From a virus (taxonomy: Duplodnaviria > Caudoviricetes), in the IMG/VR virus record IMGVR_UViG_3300037245_001879, positions 1 to 62,902 of that record: a stretch of 62,902 nt of DNA. One strand, given 5' to 3'. Positions 58,201 to 62,902 of this stretch are shown one piece after another. Position numbers and translations under genes: made by a program. The notes beneath the pieces were generated by a model, which was not told where the DNA came from, did no database searches, and was given only the letters and a program-made list of their open reading frames with translations. Position 1 is the stretch's first letter, and every line of letters begins with the position of its first letter.

Positions 58201-61200
58201 GTTGATCGGTTAACTCTTTGTATTCCCCCTGCAATTCATTCATTGCATCAGTAGTTTTTCTTACTGAAGCTGTAGGATTTTCGGTAATAAAATTAACAAT
58301 ATCATCTGGTGTAACTTCCACACCCATTTCAGATAATTCCTGAGCAATGATATCAATATTAGCAGAATTGGTTGCTTGTTCTTTTGGAGCAAACCATGAA
58401 CGAGACAAACCTTGCGTTATCATGTTTCTATCACCAAATCTTGTAAAGCTATCTCTATTAACTTTTCTGTTTAATAACTCTTGTTGCCAAGGTAATAATT
58501 GATTGTATGGTGCATTTTCTTGCTCTTGTTGGAATTCTGCATGTATAAGATCAGGTGTGCGTTCTATCTGCACAGGTTCTTCAATAACCTCTTCCGGAGC
58601 AACTTTTTCTTCAACCTTTAATAGAGAAGGATCTTTAAGTATTTCTTCTAATCTTTGGGCTTCTGCTTCAAGCTGCTCGGATTTATCTAGGTTATCAAAA
58701 CGTTCTTGCTTACTTACTGTTTCAAGTTTACGTAACTCTTCTGCTTGAGATCTTGTCTCGGCAATATCATCAGTTAACATCTGATTAGCAATATTCTCAT
58801 TTTGCTCTCGTAGCTGGGAGAAACGTTGTTCTGGAGGAAGATCATCAATAGTGCCTTCGGTAGCTTCGACTGCTTCAAGTTCTGCTGAGGCTAATGCTTC
58901 AATTGCTGCATCCCTATCTTCTGTAGTCTCAAAAGTTTGCTCACCTTCGGGGGTAATAATTGTGCTAGTGCCATTGGCATAATCAATAACCCTAGTATCG
59001 GAACCTTCAAATAGTGGTTCATCGGAAACAACTTTTTCACCCTCTTGTTCGGCTTTCTCAGTTTCTTTTTCAGTTTCTTTTTCAGTAGTTTTTTGTTCTG
59101 TGGTCTTGTAAGCTTCAATCTCATCTGTATTGACAGTTAATTGCTCTCCTTTGGTGTTTTCAACTGTACTTGTACCATCAAGGTTAACGGATATAAGTGT
59201 TTGTTTACCTTGTGGGGTAATTACAGTTTTACCCTCAACTAAACCTCTTTCGGAAGCACTATTCAATGTTTCTTCTTGTGCTTGTTGTTCTGCTTCAAAA
59301 GCAACATCCTGTTCGTCTTCCGCTTTCATTGCCTCATCAACTATCTCTTCATTAGTCTTACTATCCCAATCAGTTAGTTTAGATGATATAACCGGCTTAA
59401 CAGTACCTTCTTTATCTTTCAGGAATATAACCTTACCATCTTGACCTAAATCTTGAGGGTTACGAACACTATGAGGTTGTCCTTCATGTTGAACGAGAGT
59501 AACATTCCCATCCTGGCCAACAGACTGCGCTATTTGTTCTTCAACTTTGATAGCTCTTGTAGTATTCATTTGATTATATACTATGGCATTTGATATAAAA
59601 ATACGGGCCTTAGCTTTATCTTCCGGTGTTATATCATTTCCAAACTGTTCATTTACTTGCCCTAAAGCATCAGCTAAATCTTCAACGTTATCATAGTTTT
59701 GAGATAACTGTTCTACTGAGGTCGCGTATTCAGCATTTGGGATATCATCGATTAATTTCTTGGATTGATTGTAATTACTTCTTGCTCTTAATCTGCCCGG
59801 TACAGAAGTAGACATAAAAGAACCACTAGCAATTAAGGACATACCCCATATTTGCTTCTGTACATCTGAGGTAAAGAAACTATCATCTTGGTTGATTACG
59901 GCCTGTAAAAGGCCTGTAACCTCTTCACCTAAACCTTCAAATACTACACCTTGTATCATTGGAATATTTGTATCGGCTGTAAGTGCCAATGCCATTTTCC
60001 CAAGGAACTTTTGTGCTTTATTAGGATTACTACCTATCATTCTACGGTAACTCACCTTGGCAGCTTTATTAGCTGTCTTGTTAAGATAAGTACCAACATC
60101 TTCACCCACTACTTCAGCAACAGTATTAACATAAGCAATAACCGCTGCTTTTAGTGGGTTCATTCCTTCTACAAGTTCTCCTTTTTCATTTGTTGTAGGG
60201 GCAACTCGTTCAGCATAACCAAGAACATTAGCAGGAACCATTGCACCTGCTTGCATCATAGACTTTGTTAATGACCCGGCAATTTTTCCGGCAACCCCAC
60301 TTTTTGTTTTAGCTTTAACATACTCAGTCACGGCTTTTTTAGCTCCTGCTCCAACGCCACTTGTTGCAGCGAATTGAACGATAAAAGGTATCATATCCTT
60401 TAAACCTTCACCCCAATAGTATAATTGATTTGGATCGGCACCTGCTTGAATCTCAAGAAGCATTTGATAAGAATCGAGTAAAGCTAGTTCTTCGGAAGGC
60501 ATTGATTGAGAAATTTCTTCTTCAGTTTTACCTTCATCCAATAGTTTTTGCTTGGTATCAAAAGCACTTTTAACATTAAACAACCTGGACATCTCGTTTA
60601 TCCCAAGTGTTGCAAAATCTTTAGTAAAGAAGTTGTTCCCAAAGCCATACATAAGAGCTTTGGCTTGCTTCTCCCAACCTTCACCTTTAGGTGCGCCCAT
60701 AAGCTTACCCATATCTCGGTAAATCTCTTTTAGGTTGCGTAAATCTTTGACTCTTTCGTCATCCTCTTCTCGATATGTTACACCAGTTCCGTATGGGGTA
60801 TATAATTTACTGGCCTGTTCGTATCTAGTTTTTACAGCATCGCCTAGTAAAGAATCATAGGTTTCATATTCCTTCTTAACAGCTTCGTGTTGTTCTGTAG
60901 CAGAACCTAATGACTTTATATTGAAATCAGACTGCTCACGTAAAGCAGCTTCAATTTGCTTTGCCTTACTTTGTAGGTCTAATACTCTTGGATCAGTAGG
61001 TCTTAATTGTTTTTCAGGTATAGCTACTTTAGTTACATCGGCTTGTACTGATTCAAGTTGAGATTCTAATAACTTTTCCCTCTCGCTTAACTCAGGCGCC
61101 TCTTCAGTTTCAGGTACTGGTTGTTCAGCTTGAATATTTTGTATAAAGGCATTTGTAACACTTAATTCATCTTCCAATGCTGTGTATTTTTCATAACCAC

Positions 61201-61534
61201 CTTCCGGGTCAGCAGTAACAGGAACCTTTACAAACTGCATTTCTGCTAATTCAGTGTCACTAGGTTTGGAAAAATTGTATTTGGTATAGACTGCCTCACG
61301 GAATTTATCCATATCTTTTATACCGGTTTTATTACCTGCATAATCAATAATCTTGTCGTAATCGTAATTGTAGTCTTGTATAATTTTATTGGCTTTCTCT
61401 TCGGAGGGATCTAACCCCATTTTACCCATTGCATCTTTAACAAAGGATTTTGCACCTTCTTGGTTAAATGGAGATTTTTTTGCTAGGTTGTCTTGTTCTA
61501 CCTGTTCGGTTAGGGTTAATTTTTTTTTTGCCAT
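52277..61534 (-). CDS. Giant (3085 aa) polyvalent internal virion/ejection protein: zincin metallopeptidase, two ART-like domains, inorganic-pyrophosphatase-like domain
   Basis: MHEAVLHNG + ELAEE; YHGG..AFYFS..YDGLI..PNQIKS; YHGT..FWFTS..GYDGI..PDQI; YKMGHI..IENPRGS.R..YGYF..DKDHID..DEHKVM. The rest is a long helical scaffold. Confidence 0.85.
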   Translation of the reverse strand: MAKKKLTLTEQVEQDNLAKKSPFNQEGAKSFVKDAMGKMGLDPSEEKANKIIQDYNYDYDKIIDYAGNKTGIKDMDKFREAVYTKYNFSKPSDTELAEMQFVKVPVTADPEGGYEKYTALEDELSVTNAFIQNIQAEQPVPETEEAPELSEREKLLESQLESVQADVTKVAIPEKQLRPTDPRVLDLQSKAKQIEAALREQSDFNIKSLGSATEQHEAVKKEYETYDSLLGDAVKTRYEQASKLYTPYGTGVTYREEDDERVKDLRNLKEIYRDMGKLMGAPKGEGWEKQAKALMYGFGNNFFTKDFATLGINEMSRLFNVKSAFDTKQKLLDEGKTEEEISQSMPSEELALLDSYQMLLEIQAGADPNQLYYWGEGLKDMIPFIVQFAATSGVGAGAKKAVTEYVKAKTKSGVAGKIAGSLTKSMMQAGAMVPANVLGYAERVAPTTNEKGELVEGMNPLKAAVIAYVNTVAEVVGEDVGTYLNKTANKAAKVSYRRMIGSNPNKAQKFLGKMALALTADTNIPMIQGVVFEGLGEEVTGLLQAVINQDDSFFTSDVQKQIWGMSLIASGSFMSTSVPGRLRARSNYNQSKKLIDDIPNAEYATSVEQLSQNYDNVEDLADALGQVNEQFGNDITPEDKAKARIFISNAIVYNQMNTTRAIKVEEQIAQSVGQDGNVTLVQHEGQPHSVRNPQDLGQDGKVIFLKDKEGTVKPVISSKLTDWDSKTNEEIVDEAMKAEDEQDVAFEAEQQAQEETLNSASERGLVEGKTVITPQGKQTLISVNLDGTSTVENTKGEQLTVNTDEIEAYKTTEQKTTEKETEKETEKAEQEGEKVVSDEPLFEGSDTRVIDYANGTSTIITPEGEQTFETTEDRDAAIEALASAELEAVEATEGTIDDLPPEQRFSQLREQNENIANQMLTDDIAETRSQAEELRKLETVSKQERFDNLDKSEQLEAEAQRLEEILKDPSLLKVEEKVAPEEVIEEPVQIERTPDLIHAEFQQEQENAPYNQLLPWQQELLNRKVNRDSFTRFGDRNMITQGLSRSWFAPKEQATNSANIDIIAQELSEMGVEVTPDDIVNFITENPTASVRKTTDAMNELQGEYKELTDQPIHKHKTPTTVTEEQLAKVPFRAAPEVVGITDKAREDLISKTRIAPTLQKLQETFGIPVQIINSKEVPDYVKRSAKKKGILPAGYYDDVTKQAYIISDIAKTVGIAEIKKTYMHEAVLHNGLEVLFNTGPVKILGKTFKNKNALLDEVYSRMDEDTITDRAKTYAKGISLDQLTDSQKRELAEEAMATLNETESPRLQVFMDKIYNFFRKLTGFGFTSKQFTKAEFRQLLRDHRDLIIKQKQDAEIIRENEGRIPETRDVKEAVDEKGREDIQQQEEAVAEAGEAERVKFKTDEGELISQEEMVQSENFKQWSNNAPFISSKESSGFDFKTGSPVVVEAYHGGYAPINKFDENYGGDTTADNEFGAFYFSNERDVADDYSRESIKRRFQDYPEGLIDEGLATEEEVEQHESEGDVYNWVEELASENLNIVEGFVRFDNPYVVDAKHQGLRELETEFNIQEMLGFITKKGEGMPDLLFEDIEWDEDTVEENKEEIEVRAREEYGLEEGDEVEDYMISEATDYVLEEAGYEKEFPEYDGLIITNVIDDIGEGSQDYQNLYIAIDPNQIKSQDNRGTFDRYNPDIRFRQTEIDNVIETSEGLFELNEDQVNQRNEMVAKYGKKRADELIIDFIDANDLKKYNKVLFRVAETQEELDDFVKDSKVKETVYHGTAEMFDEFDPDKTMDGMFWFTSNIDDIKSGVSGAVSSKVIMPVKLNINNPAGWEQYDKLMIQQIIEQGYDGIILDDYYVAFSPDQILIEPKEDVKFKVEEEREKVETNPSEEQKEAGNYKMGHITFDGFDVTIENPRGSIRSGENQEGEKWSNVMPADYGYFKGTIGKDKDHIDTFMGENLESDKVYVVDQVNEDGSFDEHKVMMGYNSLSEARNAYMEAYDVDWQGLGTITRTTKDGLKEWFKGNTKKPFAPESDVKFQVTSKDPKIQAMLNKLQAVQDLSKTAAKIKGLEEEQLQAIGPQRKFLQDKLELYKEAVEGGKAEAKELIKEVQTAITDYAKKALPLTVAGAREIGPILTLIKNTQTPEDVEAAFNRIDELAGVTTEKQQRRKYVAKVNRLLKWMTGLKKLGTKRVGKFNYEDTKAFLELKDVDNKLRELTKQLNANAFSAKEKQEAISSMTEEEFVSWETKKRDELVIKKQKANTKLDQEWDKLNDKPDKTSLDEAIMKLIELRRLGSKASPALAKAVAEELEAIYSQAKEAKTEADVEKAISRKADKEFMKNFVRGHNLKNKPIHKRAMAALNNFVSNSVGNWETLMTVLAGYKGRDEFSLIINQVNQEMGIQDSFDKALNSAQKAYGFKTKNQMLKHIQELNKEKYKLRQPNRKGEEGEGDPKDMSTFQLIDIYNAIKNKKWANDYFMAYGDITLAKDGSRDENKQREDGEKTINELLNNLEDADRVFADVMMEGTQAYKESTNDVFIKMFNRDMPFRESYWPSTAEFESDTDVMDVFFENGTMPSFTKETAAHRTPRPVSAFDKFNKHVKQSEWYKNMALPLDRINKVFKDKNVETLITQARGERFFRTIKSQFKKLGLGASTNDLTDVERIGGKILGNWVAAKIGFTPSVPLKQLTSMINYAENMPVGSWGTGFVKGLATPKATFDWMWENVPYLKTRFKGGYSEALQFAMGAASNVPKASNAQQAIKNIATSGTRFGDIAAIVYGGKPYIDYLMKKKGLSQEKAVEQFMLDTLRSQQSPFSSTLSTFQNSKNPFAKALFVFANTPSQYMRKMFEANQAYKHGDISAAQLGKIYAIYGVANQFLYVGAGALISAMMRGSDPEEDLLKNTVVQSLTSLVAGIPLVRDLVNTTLKRTTGLHVYDDALPVIGELDEISEAIIKSFQGKDPEKNFEKAFTLLLEMGGIPASNAKKLWNASFNREETVAKTVKYEVRDKLNELKDSKNKFEARIAKELKQSYSNAKSKATRLRNDGKTLQADRITQLIEDSKLRLRDNDYNKLGVELRMFNSRLDIID

Positions 61535-61565
61535 AATAATTTGCCTTTTTATAAGGACTTACTGG

Positions 61566-62852
61566 TTAATTTTTCCAAATATCGTCTTCTGTACTTGGTG
61601 TTGATGGAGTAGTTTCTACATCTTCAAATCCATCAATAATCTCTTGTCTTTGAATTTCTAGTGATTGTATTTTGGCTACAAGATTATCTCGTTTACGCTT
61701 ATCGATAAACTCTATTCCTCTTGTCCCTTCTTCTCCCATGTCAGCTAGGTCAAGTTTAGCCTGAGATAATTCAATATCAATTAAACTTGTTGCTTCTTTA
61801 AGTTTGTTTTGTTTTTCTAACTGCTTTGATTCGGCTATAGATATATCCCTGGTTGTTCTTAAGTCTTCACCAATATCACTTACTAGCCTGGCTGTTGGTT
61901 CTTTAGGTACTTCTTCCTTTTTAGCTTTAAGTTGTTTGTACTTTTCTTTAGTTATACCAAGGTTAACCTCTTCTCGCTCAAGTCCAACTATAGCTTTCTC
62001 AAGTTGGATTTTTTGAAGTTCAGTAGTTGCAGGATCTTTTAATTTCGATTTAAGATATTCTAATTGTTCATCAATATAGCCTGTTTCCCATTCATCTAAT
62101 CTTTGTTTAGCTGCCTGCGAAGTACTTTTATACTGTTCGTATTGCGCCAATCTTTCTTCTTTTAGAGGTCGAGTATACTTAAATGGATCTACAGCTTCTC
62201 CAGCTAATCCTTGTCCGAACGCACTCATTATATTAGCAATCTTTGCCCTTCTCTCTTTACGAACATCTTTTATGTCAAGGTCAATAACTGGCTTTTCTGC
62301 AACATCAACTTTAGGAGCTTGGCGTACAGATTGTATTTTTTTTAATCCTGCGCGAAGATCTTCTTGCACACCTTCTTGCATGGCTTTATCTATCCTTGCT
62401 TTTCTTTCAGTTCCTAATGGGCCAATATCTATAGGTTTATCTAAGTCAACACCTGCCTTTTTGGCTTCGGCTTTTCTTTTTTCGGTTAATCTTTCAACTC
62501 TACCTTGTTGACGTTTTTTTCTTTCCTCTCCTTTTTTCCAAGCTCCTGCTGCTAGTTTTTCAGCCCTTCGTTTACTTTTTAATTGTATAAACTCATTTTT
62601 TTCCCTTGCTTCATCTGGGGTTTGGGATCTCCAATCTTCAAATTTATTTGAAAACTCTTTTCCTGCCTTTGGAGTTATTCTTGGAAACACGCCATAATCA
62701 CCTCTCTTTTTAGTCGGATCACCAGTCCATCCTAGTAAATGAGTAGATGTAGATCCATCTGGATTCACTCGTGCCGTTTCCCTCATTTCTCTAATAGCTT
62801 TTTTTTTGTTTAATGGTTTTTTTTTAACCACATCTTTTTTATCATCTGGCAT
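61566..62852 (-). CDS. Putative internal virion/ejection protein (coiled-coil)
   Basis: Highly charged and helical with an IANIMSAFGQGLAG segment. Immediately upstream of the giant protein. Confidence 0.6.
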   Translation of the reverse strand: MPDDKKDVVKKKPLNKKKAIREMRETARVNPDGSTSTHLLGWTGDPTKKRGDYGVFPRITPKAGKEFSNKFEDWRSQTPDEAREKNEFIQLKSKRRAEKLAAGAWKKGEERKKRQQGRVERLTEKRKAEAKKAGVDLDKPIDIGPLGTERKARIDKAMQEGVQEDLRAGLKKIQSVRQAPKVDVAEKPVIDLDIKDVRKERRAKIANIMSAFGQGLAGEAVDPFKYTRPLKEERLAQYEQYKSTSQAAKQRLDEWETGYIDEQLEYLKSKLKDPATTELQKIQLEKAIVGLEREEVNLGITKEKYKQLKAKKEEVPKEPTARLVSDIGEDLRTTRDISIAESKQLEKQNKLKEATSLIDIELSQAKLDLADMGEEGTRGIEFIDKRKRDNLVAKIQSLEIQRQEIIDGFEDVETTPSTPSTEDDIWKN

Positions 62853-62902
62853 AGCTAAACTATTTTAATTACACTTATTTTCGTAGAGATTCTAATTTAT
62901 CT
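62776..62902. repeat. Terminal direct repeat, copy 2
   Basis: Identical to 1-127. Confidence 0.95.

Larger units (their letters stand above)
1..62775. mobile_element. Complete circular(ly permuted) podovirus-like phage genome, probable Bacteroidota host
   Basis: Terminal 127-bp identity closes the circle. Capsid, portal, TerL/TerS, lysis, replication and ejection modules are all present, with no flanking host genes. Confidence 0.93.

Noticed and set aside
59060-59095. KETEKETEK tandem repeat
   Set aside because: Short low-complexity coding repeat in a linker, with no sign of a separate function.
52277-61534. Giant protein as a crAss-like virion RNA polymerase
   Set aside because: No DxDxD-type catalytic motif was seen; the recognisable domains are peptidase, ART-like and PPase-like.
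1-62902. Stop-codon reassignment
   Set aside because: Long genes are intact in the standard code, and TAG/TGA end genes at sensible positions (e.g. 27021, 44621).

Overview
The window is a complete, circularly closed, AT-rich tailed-phage genome of about 62,775 bp; bases 1-127 are repeated at 62776-62902, most likely as an assembly overlap. The architecture is podovirus-like: scaffold, HK97/SU10-like capsid, ring proteins, portal, nozzle, fibres, and an ejection operon with a 3,085-aa polyvalent protein. The host is probably in Bacteroidota, inferred from TAnnTTTG promoters, Q-rule signal peptides and A-rich translation starts without Shine-Dalgarno sites. There are four transcription blocks: structure/lysis (+, 1236-27021), replication (-, 32776-27144), recombination/accessory/TerS (+, 32914-48195) and ejection proteins/TerL (-, 1081 across the origin to 48174). 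No integrase, DNA polymerase, RT, tRNA or CRISPR was recognised. The most striking observation is that five proteins of the virion operon carry Sec signal peptides with Gln at +1 and are strongly enriched in the Bacteroidota O-glycosylation sequon D(S/T)(A/I/L/V/M/T), unlike the signal-less fibre, portal and nozzle. The major capsid protein also has a signal-like leader. This suggests the phage routes virion parts through the periplasm for host glycosylation and maturation (inference). Other oddities are a terminase with a second, catalytically dead nuclease domain, a PD-(D/E)xK-FtsK fusion whose gamma domain is a separate gene, attC-like hairpins without an integrase, and an unusual candidate spanin. 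All family assignments come from motif recognition by eye; no database searches were run.
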